In this document: in pieces, positions 25,438-39,962 of the stretch
Position numbering within the stretch: the first letter of the stretch is position 1
Layout of the letters: each line of letters begins with the position of its first letter
NCBI RefSeq assembly: GCF_009834535.1
Contig: NC_045697.1
Span: forward strand, 114,144,001-114,208,000
DNA from: Camelus ferus
Lineage: Eukaryota
Direction of reading: 5' to 3'
Length of the DNA: 64,000 bases
Notes under the pieces: model-generated
What the model was told of the DNA's origin: nothing
The model's input: the letters and a program-made list of their open reading frames with translations, nothing else
The model's database searches: none
Made by a program: the position numbers and the translations under genes

Positions 25438-28400
25438 TAGAAACAGCCCTTGGTTTCACTGACTTTTCTTTTTATTTTTTTTTAAGTCTCCATTTATTTT
25501 CTCTCTAATCTTTATTGTTTCCTTTCTTCTGTTGAATGTGGACTTTGTTCTTCTTTTTCTAATTTCTTTAGATGTTAGGTTGTTTATTTGAGATTTTTAT
25601 TCTTTTCCAGATAGGCCTGTATCATTAACAATTTCCCTCTCTGAACTGTTTTTGCTGTGTTCTATACATTTTGAAAAGTTGTATTTTTATTTTTATTTGT
25701 ATCAAGGTATTTTCTAATTTCCTTTTTGATAACTTTTGTTGACCCACTGGTTTTTTAGTAGCATGATGTTTATTCTCCATGTGCTTGTATGTTTCTCATT
25801 TTTCTTCCTGTAATTCGTTTTTTGTTTCATACCTTTGTGGTTGGAAAAGATGCTAGGTAGAATTTCTATCCTCTTAAATTTGTTTAGACTTGTTTTATGG
25901 CCTAGAATGTGATCTATCCTGAGAATGTTTCATGTGTACTGGAAAAGAATGTGTATTCTGATGTTCTGGGCTGTAATGCACTACGTATATCTACTAACTC
26001 CATCAGTTATAATCTGTCATTTAAGGCCATTGTTTCCGTATTAATTTTGTCTGGATGATCTATCCATTGATGTAAGTGTGATTTTAAAGTCCCCTATTAC
26101 AATTGTATTATTGTCAATTTCTCCCTTTATGCCTTATATATTTAAGTACTCCTATATTAGGTGCATATATGTTTATAAACGTTATATCCTCTTATTTTTT
26201 TGATCTTATTATCATGACATAATGTCCTTCTTTGTCCTTTATTTTATACTTTGCTTTAAAATCTACTTTAAAACAAAAAGTCTACCCAGCTTACATTTTC
26301 CCATGGAATATATTTTTCCATCCCCTCACTTTCAGTCTGTGTGTCTTTAGCTCTAAGGTGGTTCTCCTGAAAGCAGCATATAGATGGGTCTTGTTTTTTG
26401 TTCATTTGTTTTCTATCCAGTTAGCCAGCCTATGTCTTTTGATTGGAGTATTTAGTCCATTGACATTTAAAGTGATTATTTCTAGATATTTACTTATTGC
26501 CATTTTGTTATTTTCTGTGGGGTTTTTTTCTACTTTTTTTTTTAATTTTTAGTTTTTTCTTTGTGGTTTGATGATTTTCTTCAGAGTTGTGTTTGCATTT
26601 CTTTCTCTCTAGTTTTTCTATACCCATTGTAGGTTTTTGATTTATGGTTACCATGGCATTCATATCTGTTGGCCTATATCTACTTGATTTAACCTGATAA
26701 TCATTTAAGTAAAAACACATTCTAAAACCTATGTGTTTTTTTTTACTCCCCAAACCATGTTCTATGCTTTTGATGTCATATTTTACATCATAATGTCTAT
26801 CTCTTAGCTACTGATTGCAGCTATAGTTGATTTTATAATTTTTTGTCTTTTAATCTTCATAACAGCTTATTTAAGTAATTGATTCACAGCCTTTACAATA
26901 TACTTGCCTTTACTAGTGGAATTTTTTTGTACGCTATAATTTCTTATTTCTTATTGTAGCCTTTTCTTTTTCACTGTTAAGTGAAACTTTTAACACTGCT
27001 TGTAAGGTCAATTTAATATTGATTAACTCAGATTTTGCTTATCTGGGAAGCTCTTTATCCTTCAATTCTAAATGATAAACTTGCTACGTAGAGTTTCCTA
27101 GGTTACAGCTTTTATCTTTCAATATTTTAAATATATCATGTTAATCCCTCCTGACCAGCAAAGTTTCTGCAGAGAAATGAGCTGATAGCCTTATGGGGGT
27201 TCCCTGGTGAGTGGCTCTGTTTTTCCTCTTGCTGCCTGTAGAATTCTCTTTTTGTCTTTAACCTTTGCCATTTTAATTATGATATGTGAGTTCATGTTGT
27301 TTGTGACCTTCTGTGCCTCCTGACCTGGATACCTGTTTCCTTCTTCAGTTTCAGGAAGTTTTCAGCCATAATTTGATCAAATATATTTCTATCCTTTCTC
27401 TCTTTTCTTTCTCAACCCCTTATAATATAAATGTTTGTACACCTCATGCTTACCCAGAGATTCTTTCAACTATGCTCATTTAAAAAAAAAGTTTTTCTTT
27501 TTGCTGCTCCTATTGAGTGATTTCCATTATTCTACTTTCCAGCTCACTTATGTGTTCTTATCACCTCGTCTGCTGTTAATTCCCTCTATTGTGTTTTTTG
27601 TTTTATTTATTGAATTCGTGAGTTCTCACTGGTTCTTTTTTGTATGTTCCAGTTCTTTGTTAAAATTTTACTTTGTTCATCTATGTTTTCCCCAGTTCAG
27701 TTAGCCTTCTTGTTTCTGTTGCTTCAAACTCTATCAGTAAATTACATTTCTCTATTTCTTTAGGATATTTTGGGGGTTTTGTTGTTATTATTCTTTCATT
27801 TGAAGCATTCCTTTCTTTTCATTTTTGTTTAAATTTCTTTGTCTCTATAAAATTTGGTAAAGCTAGTTAGATTACCCACCCCAATCTTGATGGAGTGTCT
27901 TTGCATGGGAGCATCCCTATTCAGTCTGGGTATGTTCTGTGGCTCTGGTGGGAGTGCTAGGTCTGAAGGAAGCACAGGTTGCATCGTCCTCTGGATTTGG
28001 TGTGTTGCTGGGAGGTTGGGCTGGAGTTGGTGAGGCCAGAGCCAGAGCCAGGCGCAAGCCAGGGCTGCTTCTATGCTCAGTAGACCTTACTGCCCTAACT
28101 AGGGCAGGGGCAGAGCACCTGAGTGCTTGGGGCTGCACTTCTGTGCTGCTTTCACATTTGCCCCAGGTGCACATGCTTTGTGTAGGGGCTGCAGATGTAG
28201 TGCCGCACCAGTGAGCTGGCCCTGCCCCCACTCAAGTATGCACAGGAACTCATGAGCTGGCAATGACTGCATCTGCCCTGGTCTGGGGTCTGAGCTGGCC
28301 CCATCCCCTCCGAGTGTGCACACTCCCATTGGCAATGACAGCCTCCATAGTAGTGGGTGTAGTAGCACCGGAGCATGATGGGCTGGAGCAGGAGCGTAGG

Positions 28401-28895
28401 CAGGCTGAGGGTGTGCTGGGGAAGTGCTGGCAGCCTGGCCAGGGCCCCAGGGAGTTGCAATCTGCTGCCTCTGTGATGTGAATAGGATTAAGTCTGTGTC
28501 TGTGCTCTTTAAGCCCGGAGACTGGGTTCCTTATAGACTTCCAAGAAGCTCATTTTCAAACCAGCTTAGAGAACTCACTTTTCTGGTGTTGGACCCACAG
28601 GTTGTGGTATCTAACGTGTAGCTTGAATCCCTTGCTCCCCAGGGAGGATTCCCAAGCCTGTGTATCCCCTCCTCTTCTATGTCCTCCACCAGGGATGCAG
28701 GTCTGTGCCTGACCCCTTCTCCCTTCCTATCAGACTCCATGTGAACCTTTAGTTATAGCCTTGGTTGTAGAAAAGCTGTTTTGTTCATCCCAGGTAGATT
28801 TCAGCAAAAGTCACTCTATATGCATTTATAGTTTTGACATGTTTGTGAGGGGTGGTGAGCCCTGTCTCTTCCTCCTCCACCATCTTGATCTCTCT
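22435..28895 (-). mobile_element. Older near full-length L1 (about 6.4 kb), decayed
   Basis: 3' UTR at about 22440-22750; ORF2 remnants ([28 protein letters not shown], 24695-24913); GC-rich 5' UTR at about 27870-28895 ending in the L1 start motif (reverse complement gatcaagatggtggaggaggaagagacagggctcacc). Confidence 0.9.
25393..25437. repeat. (TTTA)n microsatellite within L1
   Basis: Read directly from the sequence. Confidence 0.95.
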
Positions 28896-28899
28896 CTCT

Positions 28900-29072
28900 C
28901 TCAAGCCCTTTAATCTTAGTAAACCTCCAAGGATATACAATTATCCTCCTTTTACAGATGAGGAAACTGAGTTACAGATGGTTAGGTACCCACCCAAAGT
29001 TCTGAAGTTTGCAACTGTTGGAGCTGTGATTTAAAATCTGGGATCAGAATCCATACTCTCAATCATTATGAT
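28900..29072 (-). mobile_element. MIR, right part
   Basis: ccttttacagatgaggaaactgag core motif. Confidence 0.8.
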
Positions 29073-29694
29073 GCAGTCATGTAGAGAGATGGCTTTTAAA
29101 CCAATCATCGGAAAATATACTCTAAGCATCCAATAAAATTACTATAATTTAAGTTTATAACCACTCAAAAGTTGTTTCTTTTTTTTGCAATATATAATTG
29201 TCACTGACAGTAAATATATGTATGCACACATATATATGCATGTATATATGTGTACATATTATTCCTGAATATATATATATACACACACAAATAGATATAT
29301 ATGGTGAGAGAGAAATTTATATATAGACTTCTTTACTTTTCAGTTAGATAACATTCTCAAACAAGAAAAGCCAATTTACCCATAAAAGCAAAAGGACTGA
29401 AGTCGCTTAGTTTGATTTTAGTACAAGACTATTTGATCCACCTGTACTTTTCTGATGCCAGTGGAGATTGTTAGACTGAATAACAAGACAGATTCTTCAT
29501 GATTTGTTCATTTGCTCAAGAAATGCATCTGTGATTGCCAAGTGGCAAAGGTCAGACAAGAAAGGATCTGCTGTTCGAACCCCACAAGAAGTTTTCAAGA
29601 CACTGTTTTTCATTGCTATTCCCCCTTATTTCCTGCCTTCTATACAGACATTTCCTTTCTCTTATTGGAATGCTGTGAATGTGAAATGTGACAT

Positions 29695-29912
29695 TTGTTA
29701 AACATTTACTGTGTGCCAGGGCTGTGCTTTCTGAGGATTAGTACATGCAACGTTTGCTACACTTCTAGGAGATGGTCTATACTCTTAACCCCATATTGAA
29801 GGTGGTACAACGTGGCAAATAGAAGCAATTTATCCAAAGACATAAAGCTAGTAAGTTGTAGAGAATTTGAATTGAGGCAGTTTGACTTTTCAGCCCTTGT
29901 ACTTAAAGACTA
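29695..29912 (-). mobile_element. MIR SINE
   Basis: acatttactgtgtgccagg...aagctagtaagt...tttgaattgaggcagtttgact. Confidence 0.7.
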
Positions 29913-30029
29913 TAATCCTCATTGGGTTGGGACGTGAGAGTTCAAGGAGGAGGAAAGAAGGGGAAAATGTCAAACGTATTTTGTAAAACGTTCATCTGCT
30001 AGTTCTGCCACAAGTCCCTTCTCTGCTAA

Positions 30030-30485
<456 letters not shown>

Positions 30486-31146
30486 TAGCAACACTTTTTT
30501 ATGGCAAGTGTTTAAAAAGAGAAAGAAAATGTGAGCCTAATGACACCTATAAGCAGTGAGTGTGTAGAAATTTACACAGATACAATTCTGAGCTGTGAGA
30601 ACAAAGCCGGCCAAAATATGACTCACAGTGTGATACAGCTTACAGCATTGCACCATATGGCTTCCCAATCAGGGTGCTTTTCTTAGGGACACCAAGTGGC
30701 CAATTCAGTCCAGAGGCCAAATCCACCCAGTGAAATGCACCTGGAGTAAAATTGAGGGAAGAATGAATGCCAAGCCATGCTGAGATAACATCCCATTTCT
30801 TCCTGATTAAAAACGATGGCTTCAGTTTGCCCCACACAATTCAAATTATATGCAACCTGGAAATATGCACAGAAATAACTATGATAAACTCATGCTAAAC
30901 CCAATTAGTAAATCCGAGATGACAATTATTTAAAATTTGAAAGTTACTGGTATTTATTTTCATGGTACCCAAAATCATTGGGAACTCTTATGGAAAACTA
31001 CTGCTGAATTAGTTATTTGACAAATTATTTTAACATGCTAGATAAATAAATCACTGAACATCTTTAATGCCACTTATTTATTTATAAGTTTATTTCTTGT
31101 TTATTTATTCATACTGGAGAGAATATTTGCTTATTAATAGTCATAA

Positions 31147-31683
31147 TGTTACCAACTACAAACTTGTTCAGCTTGCCATACGACAGGCCAATAAATCTGG
31201 AGACAAGGTGTTGGGGCAAGGAATAGCGACTTTATTCGGAAAGCCAGCAGACCAAGAAGGTGTCAGACTAATGTCCTGGAGCACCATCCTCCCCAAGTCA
31301 GAATCCAGGCTCCCTTTATACTAAAAAGGGGAGGGAGGGATGCTTGGTTGTTGCAAATTTCTTGGTGTGGGAATTCTTTGTTCTTGGAATCCTTTGTTCT
31401 TGCAGCTGTCCACATGGGTTAGATCATGGTGTCCTTGTAAATCTCCAACAAGACAAACGTTATTTTCTATTCCGCAACGTTTATCTCTATAGGAATGGAA
31501 CAGTGTTAATATCCTTAGAGGTCAGAGCCTTGAGGATGGGCTCTCCTCTCTATGTCAGGCTATAGGCACCACTCTTTTACAGAAGGTGCAGAACCAGCAA
31601 GACTAAGCCTAGGGAACAGAGCCCGGGGTTGAAGTCAAAGGAACAGATCTCATATGCAGCCAGATTTGTCCTTTTCTGTTACA
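31147..31683 (-). mobile_element. Solo ERV1-type LTR, copy 1
   Basis: tgttacc...gttaca ends, flanks ataa/atca, reverse-strand AATAAA (gactttattc). Aligns end to end with 43547-44044 and 54530-55035 and carries a private 16-bp tandem duplication near 31370-31402. Confidence 0.85.
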
Positions 31684-33225
31684 ATCATCCAGACTGAAAT
31701 TGTAACATTTTCAATATATACAATTTCCATCATTCAAATAGGTCAGTGATCAACCTGTGATTTCTAATCTTTAGTTGGTTCCACCTCCAAGTTCTCAGAC
31801 TGTTTCTGAAGTATATTTACCCTTAAAAGCTTGTGTGATATTTTAATTCTTAGCTTAGATTTATGGTAATGTATAATGTTGTTCATTTGCCCACTAATTA
31901 AGTTCAAATGACTTAATTTTTTTTCAAAGTTGGTAGAATCAATAAAGTATCACTCCCAAGGTAAAAAAAAAAAACAAAAAAGATACACAGAGCTTTTCAA
32001 ATGGTACAAGATGAAATGCTCTGTATTCATTGTAGCTACTAGAAGCCCTTGATACAACTTAGATAAATTATAAGAAGAATTTCCTTACCCTAGTGAACTC
32101 TCTGCACCTTGAATACATACACTGAGAATTTGATGATATCAGATTGTCTTCTTTTACAGAAAGAATAGCAGTTGCTTTGGTTTCAAGTTCAGTTCATTAT
32201 CATCTTCCATCTAATCTATTTTATAAATGGCTAACGTTGATTCTATGATCATTGTGTATTAATACTCATAGAAGCATGTATCTTTCTATGATTCTGACCT
32301 GAAATGGTATAGTGAGAATTTTACTGTTCCACAAATCGATGCTATCACAGAACTATATAAATAATAATAATGTAAACTTAATGCTAGTAAGTCCATTTAG
32401 AATCATATTTTAATGTTGAGGTTTTGTCCAGCTGACAACCAGCAATTGATTACACAGAAAGATATACTATTAAATATCATGTAAGGGGAAAAATGTCTGG
32501 TGTATTTAATGTTCTGCTTTATTGCTGGAGGTTTAGCATAATGCAACTCAAGACGTCAATCTGCACGGAAACAGATGAACTGGATATAGTTAGGAAGTTC
32601 ACCTTCCTTGTGAGTTACTTCGTGAAACAGTGGTTTGAAACACCTTTGTTTTTCAGACTTGTACTAAGCATATTTATTAGATCTATGATTGCTTCAAAAT
32701 GCTTTCCCATCATATGTAGTATTGCAATTTAATTCATATAATCTGGGTGAGTTACCAGGGGTTAGCGCATTGCCCAGGTCCCAGAATGTATGGGTCTTCT
32801 GTTTGTTTATTTGTTTTGGTGGTTTACCTAAAATACATAAAAAAGACTTAATTTCAGAAGAAGGGAAGTGAATAATATAGAATAAAACAATAAATTGCTT
32901 GTCTTATTAGTGTGCAGTTAGCCAAATTTTGGACATAAAAAAGATTCTGAATACCTGAAGACCTGATAACTGTGATGGCTAAAGTTAATTCTTGTGATTG
33001 TGGATTATATTTTCTGTGGAATTTCAACAATTTGTATTGTTCCCAATAATGGCCCAAAGGAAGAAGCCAGTCAAAATATTATGTTCAAGAACTGCAATAA
33101 ACTTACACTTAAGTAGATATTTTCAAATGAAAAAAATCAAAACAAAAATTACAGGAATAAGTTTTCCTCCTTAAAAACAATGCTACATTTAGATCTAACA
33201 AAAGGTGATTATGAAAATCTTGGGG

Positions 33226-33443
33226 TAGAAATCAGTAAACAAGAACCTATAGGCCAAGTCCAGGTCCCTGCTAATTTTTTTTAGGCAAAGTTTAATTGGA
33301 ACATGGTCTCACTGGTAGTTTAGGGCCCTGGTGCTATTGAAATACAAAAAGAGAGTTGAATCTTTACAACAGAGACAGCATGGCCTGCAGAGGCTAAAAA
33401 ATGTTTTATCTGGATCTTATCAATAAAGGTTTGTTAACTTCTG
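33226..33443. mobile_element. MER58A-like hAT-Charlie relic
   Basis: aaagtttaattggaaca...acagagacagcatggcctgca...tatctgg...aaggtttg pattern. Confidence 0.7.
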
Positions 33444-35026
33444 CTTTGAAAGATTTTTAGTGCCTTAAAATTAATTTTTAAAATATCTGCAGGTCTTTAC
33501 GAACTTACCTTCTTGGCCGTGGTGGTGAATACACAGGCTTGAATATAAGTGCCACACATAAATCTGATAAATTCAATACGTGAAACAGATAGGACTCTGT
33601 GTATCTATTCATTGTTTTAAAATTAAGATTTGAGTCCAGATTAAAAGCATCTATATCTATATTTCTGTCTCTATATCAACACATGTATCTAATTTATAGC
33701 TATAGCTCTACCAATATCAATATATCTTCTTTTTATTATTAGCATTAAATATTTAAATGCCTTCATAGTAGGCTCAGCATTTACTATTACTAACTCAAAT
33801 ATGGACATGAATTCACTAAGAATTTTCTTTAGTGATTTATGACTTGTGGAATGCTAGATAAAGCACACATCGATGAACATAATTTTTTTCTAATGATTTC
33901 TATTCACATGTATTTGACTATGAAGAAGTTCTCTACCAGGAGATACAGAATATTGTGAAATTTGTTTATTGGCATCAAATACTTTATGGTGTTGCTTAGC
34001 ATAGAATAAAACTTTCTATTTTGACATAATGCCTAGCTATTCACTGTGATGGGAGTTTTGTCTTAATTCCCCCATCACCACCCGCCCCGCCCCCTCCCTA
34101 AACAGCTTTCTAACTGCTGTGATTCATGTGGGTACATATAACAAAGGAAAATTCCTCTCAGCCCGGCCCCGGGTCTGTCTGTCACGCGCAGCAGAATTTA
34201 CACACTCAGGATCTAGAAGCTGGAATATAAGAAACTCAAGCTACAGCCTATGCCAAAATGAGTAGGGAATCAAACCGTTTTATGAGAAAGTCAATTGTAC
34301 AGAAACTCTTTTGCCATTGACTGTGTTGAGAGTAAAGCTGCCATAAAGGCAAATGTTGTGTGCACTTAAATGTGCATCACAAACAATAACAACTTGGGAA
34401 ATATGGTTTTTACAGCTCTCTGTGCGCTCCTTGAATGAGAGCCGACACTGTGTTCTTTCTCTTCGGGGTAATCTGGAGCGATATTCATACCATTTTTAAT
34501 TCGTCCTTTTACCTGATTATTATTGTTTTTTAAAGGCAGGATTTAATAGAACATAGGCTAGAAAACTAGGTTGCCAATGATGTTTGAAACTAGATCAGTA
34601 AATGCCATGTGCAAATCTGCAAGTGCTTTTAGGGTGTCTTTTTTTTTTTAAGGGCACCTTTGTAAATCTTCTATTTCATGTTTAAGCAGGCTTGTGTGCC
34701 ACTTCATGAAAAATAATTGTGTTGATAAATACATCAACTTTGGTAAATGGTACCCAGAGATTGGTTGGTTTGTTCTGTTCTGTTTTGTCTGGTTTTCAGT
34801 CGGGATTGGCCAAACGGAATTACAGGGGGTGGTGAAGTGAATAACGTGGCAAATCATAAATGTACATTAACTCTTTTGAGGCCAGAATGCTGACACTCAG
34901 AAACTCTAGTGCCTCTGAATAGTTTGTACCCACAACCTTAAAATAAATTATATTAATCCCTGAATTTCATTAGATCCCTATTACATTTTTCTGATTGGAT
35001 GACAAAACCAACTGAGCTGTGTTTCT

Positions 35027-35182
35027 TTTTTTTTTTTTCCTTAATTAAAATTTTTTCTTTATTTTCATTATTTGGTGGGGGGAGGTAATTAGGTTTATTT
35101 ATGTTTGGAGGGAGGACTGGGGATTGAACCCAGGACCTCGTGCATGCTAAGTATGCACTCTACCACTTAAGCTACACCCTCC
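35027..35182 (-). mobile_element. tRNA-derived SINE (camelid Vic-1-like)
   Basis: Reverse-oriented head ctggggattgaacccaggacctcgtgcatgctaagtatgcactctaccacttaagctac plus T-rich tail. Confidence 0.85.
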
Positions 35183-37637
35183 GCTTTGTATCTCATTTTT
35201 AATATTTATTTTGCAGTGAACTTTTAATCAGTGTTGAGAACATAGTCCTGCCGTCATTCTTCTCATCAAGCAGGAACTGCAGAATCCTCTGTGTGACGCA
35301 TTCTATAACAGGCTTTAGGAATCAATGCTATGGGTACACTCCTAAATTCACTATTTGTTATTAGAATCATACCAAGTGTTTGTTTCTCCTCTGATTTTTG
35401 AAAACTCTGTAAAGGATGTTGCAAACATCACATATGGTACGTGTTTATCTTCCATTTATAGATAGATGGTAGATATGTGATAAATTCCACATATAATATG
35501 AAAAAATGCTCCAATCAAGGGTGATTTAAGTATTAGGACCACCCAACAAATGTATTTAAAAAAAACTGTGGAGAGAGGGAGGGAGCGGGGGAGAGAGAAA
35601 TGAGAAATACTGGGTATTATTTGTGTCAAAATGCTTTCACAACTATTATATTATTAATTCATTATAATAACAAGCCAGAAGGCAGTAAGTCTAAAAGTTT
35701 AAAAATGGCCTGCCAACATTCACACGGTAAGTTAATGCCACTGGGACAGGAACCAAGGGATTTTGGCTTCTCTTTTAGTGCACGTATGCGCCAAATATTT
35801 CTACTTAAGTCTATAATACCATCAGATCTTACTTGCCTGTGATTTTTAAAAATTTGCTTTTTATAGTAATTTCCATGTAAATACTTTACGTTATTTAGAA
35901 ACAGTATTTCTCACTGTGGTACTTGTAAGGATTAAATAATGCATTTAGCACAGTTCTTGGGCAACAGAAGAACGCGGTGACAGATAATGACTGGGTTTAA
36001 GACTGAAACTTCAATAACTGTGAACATTTGATGGCATTAAATTTTCAAACTTGAGTCTGGGAAGCCACACATTTTCTTTTAGGTTTACATTTGATTTATA
36101 ATCTTGCATAAAGAGACGCTGGTCAAATCATTACAGAACTGAATTCGCCAGCTCACAATAGACTACTTGATGGTGATAAGTTTTCTGATACTTAAAGACA
36201 AAAACTAACTCAAGTTTAGGAACACCTTTTTTACTAGGTTCCTGATTGACATTTGAAAAATCTTACCTCATTGTCAGCTATCTCACTGACTTATTTTGCA
36301 CTTAGTTTGTTTATCTTATACTATAAATAGAGTATCTATTAGATGTGTAACAATGCTATTTGACTCCCCTACATCTCCAAAGAAATTTAGAGACTATGTG
36401 GACTTCTTATTGCATTTATTTTTTGTTGTCAAATTTTCCTTTTTTGATGGCATATAGAAACTAAATTTAATTTTCAGTTGAATAGTCTTATCTTATCTTG
36501 TTTTTGTACATTTCTATATGTATCATTTTCAGTGTCCATTTATAAAATAAATATTTTAGTTTAATATTTTATTTCATGTTTTCTATGGATATATGAATAT
36601 TCTATTAATAGTTATGAGTACAATCTTCAATAGTGATGGGAAAAAATGAGAACATTTTATTAGTGCAAATAATTTGTCATCTGTCTTGAGGCTATTTAAA
36701 TATTATCTCAGTCATTACCTCTCACGGACACCTTCAATTATTGTGTTTATGTTCTCAGTATCGTATTCTCGAATGTCCAGTGTGATATTTCTTTAATTTG
36801 CAAAGTGAAGAACATTTTTAACAACTGTTATTTGTCAATGTGGATGATTTTTCCTCTTTGGTATTTCTTTGCAAAAACTGGATGGTGAAAGACTTCCCAT
36901 TGACGGTACTCAGTATGTGTAATTGAGGAGAAAATGTTCTAGAAAATGCAGTTGAAAATTTTTCTCCATTAGTCTGATTTATACTTCACTTCTACAATCC
37001 TTTCCGAAGGGGTGCCTCTAGATTTTTCAGAAAATTTGAAAACTTTCTACTAATAAAAATGTAAAACTAAATGAGAAAAGAAGCTTTGCATGTGGTTATC
37101 ACCTAGAGAGTTATGTAAAAACACGTTTGGAGGAAATCACAGTGAATAAAGGAGATTTGACTCTTTCCAGCACAATGAAAAAGGCATAGGTAATTAGCCA
37201 GTGCTCTTTTGATGCTGGTTAAGCGAAGTATAAAAACGCTTTCAATTCAACTAACAAATACTTAATTTAGTGCAATAATATGCAATCAGGTTGGTTTTAA
37301 TTCACGACACAGCATCATCTGACTGTAAACTTTGTAACAACTTTGTGGATACAATAGAGTGTTAGTCTTCTGGGTGGTGTGTGTTCAGGGAGAATGATAC
37401 ACGTCATGTTCCTTTGTTTCTCTCAATATATGAATTTCCGATGGTTTGTATCAAGTCTTTCTAAAGGTGCACCCTGAGATCAAGACATGAGTTGCGATTA
37501 CATTTTGTCAGTACTTTTTCCTCTTGACCATTTCTAAAGAACTCAAAAATGACCATCAAAGTTGTTCAATAGATTCATCCAATAGACTAGGCTGAATTGA
37601 AGTCCACAATATGTAGAAAGATTATGGAACTACAAGT

Positions 37638-37760
37638 TGATTGATTTATATATAGATATATCTTTATATAAATGTATATAGATAGATAGATGTCTACATA
37701 GAGATAGATAGATGATAGATAGATAGACAGATGATAGATAGATAGATAGAACCTAGATAA
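37638..37760. repeat. Degenerate (TA)n/(GATA)n microsatellite
   Basis: Read directly from the sequence. Confidence 0.9.
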
Positions 37761-38394
37761 GTTCTTCATCTCCAAATTTTGTTAGAATTAAAACATAAAA
37801 GAGTAACTTATAAAGAAATGACAATCACAGACTGGCCTAGCATACAACTTTGTGGTAATACTACAGATTTCTGAATGGAAATTTTCACCTGGTCTATGTC
37901 TACCATAAGTCAATAATGATTTTCACAAATCCATAATAATTTAACACAAATTATAATATAAAAAAATGGTAACATAAATTCAAATAACTGATACCATTTC
38001 CAAAGCTTTCCTCCCAAAGATTCAGAATAACTTAGGTCCCGGTTCGGTCTTCCCTGGTGAGTGCCATTCATTTTAATGGTAACACTGTGACTCAGAAGTC
38101 CACAGGTGAAATATTTCTGAGCAGCACTTAACGGATGGAGGTCACAAGTTGGCCACTCTTGGGTGATAGAACCAGGAGCAAGATCAAAATATGGCAGGCA
38201 GCCAAATCAAAAGTTACAATTGAGATCAGAATAACACATTGAGAATCTAGGTGGATTCACAGAAAAACAAGTACAATGATTTCATTTATAGAACATTTAG
38301 TAGAAAAGATGTGCCAAGACTGTGTTTTACGTTAGATTTACATGTCAGACTGTCTGATATAATTTGCTGTGGATTGGACATGGAGTTTATGGAA

Positions 38395-38665
38395 TTTAAA
38401 GAAATATTCTGGAAAAGGCAAAGCTATAGAAACAATAAAAAGATCGTGGTTTCCAGCGTATGGGGAAAAGGAAGGAGGGAGGAATGAACAGATGGAGCAC
38501 AAGGGATTTTTAGGGATGTGCCACACTGATGAGGTATGTTGAGGGTAGGGGAATATATTTGTGTGGGTGGGGAGGGCTATGTGTAAACTCTCTGTAATTT
38601 CTGCTCAATTCTGCTGTAAACCTGAAACTGCTCTAAAAATAGTCTATTAATAATAAAAAAATAAG
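38395..38665 (+). mobile_element. Old L1MC-like 3' end
   Basis: attctggaaaaggcaaagctatag...gaggaatgaacagatggagcaca...tctgctgtaaacctgaaactgctctaaaaat. Confidence 0.75.
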
Positions 38666-38689
38666 CTGAGCAAACAAATAATTTGAGGC

Positions 38690-39950
38690 ATCATCTACTG
38701 AAATGTGAAACACTGGTGGACTCACATTTGGAAGTGGATGTAAGGAATACACACACACACATGCACGCACACACACACACACATTTAAGGACAGTTAAAT
38801 TCAAATCCCTTTTAGGCAAGCAAGGAAGGATGCCATTTATGCAGTTGGATATGAGTCTACAAATCAAGGAAGATTTTGGAGCACGAGACATACATTTTTT
38901 AGGAGTTAGAAGCACGTCAATTAAGAGGCAAGACCAAAGGACTCTGCAGTTGAGTTAAACTAGAGCATGAATGAGTGAACCCTGGGAAGCAAGAGGGCTG
39001 AGGATAGACCCTTGCTGTACTTCAGCCACCAGGAAGTGGAGGCGGAGCAAATAAGGCAGACACACAGTCAGCAGAAATATAGGAGGAAAACCTAGAGCGT
39101 GAAGAGACACAGAAGCTAAGTAAGAACGTTTTTCGTGGAGGCCAGAATGGTGAGCTGAATTAAATGTTACCAAGACCAAGTCTGACAGGGATTGAAAAAT
39201 GACCACTTATCTGGAAAGATTAAGGCCATGGCTGACCTTGTAAGAGTTGGTAAGAGAGAAAACGGGCTGAGAACATGAGAGTTCAAGCAGAGAAAGCTCA
39301 TGGGAAGAGTGTTTCTCTAAAGAAGAGCAGATGTATATAGAGATACCTCCATCTCTGCCTTGGCCTCTGTCTCTGTCATATATCTATGTATCGTGATCTG
39401 GAGGGGGACATGTAGGTAGGACCAGTAAAACAGAGAAGGGAAAACTTATAGGACAAGAGAAAGAGGGACTATTGTCAGAGCAAAGCCTTTGGTTGGGCTT
39501 GAGAGACTGGGACCTAGAGCACAAGGGGCGGATGTCGCTTTAGATGAGAATATGGATTTTTCATCCACTCAACAGAAGGAAAGCAAAAATAGATGCTTTC
39601 TGGTGCGGGTAGCAGGACATATTTCATCCTATAAATGTGTGTTGTTTTCATCGGGTTGCTTGTAATTTCTTAATGAAGTAAGAATTAAAGCGTCCGTTTA
39701 AAGCATCAGAGGAGAAAGTTTAGGTGATTTGAGAACAAAGGAAAAAGGTTGTGAAACAAGAAACAAGGAGAGAGAGAATGGACCAGGGGATACAGCAGGG
39801 CTTCCAGGAGTGCTGTCGTATCTCCGCTCGTAAACTTAGAGTGAGAGTGGTCTGTCATGGCTGTGTATTTTTCTACAAACACAGTCAGCTGCTTAGTGTA
39901 AGGCATTGAAAAGATGAAGAACTGGGTTGAACCAGGATTTAATTTCTCCA
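38690..39950 (-). mobile_element. L2 fragment(s), containing a (CA)n tract at 38749-38782
   Basis: gcagttggatatgagtct..., gggattgaaaaatgaccactt..., ggctgaccttg motifs of reverse-oriented L2. Confidence 0.6.
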
Positions 39951-39962
39951 GGGAAGACTTAT

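Noticed and set aside
27917..28740. Cluster of overlapping 65-104 aa ORFs
   Set aside because: They lie in the GC-rich L1 5' UTR and are stop-poor by composition.
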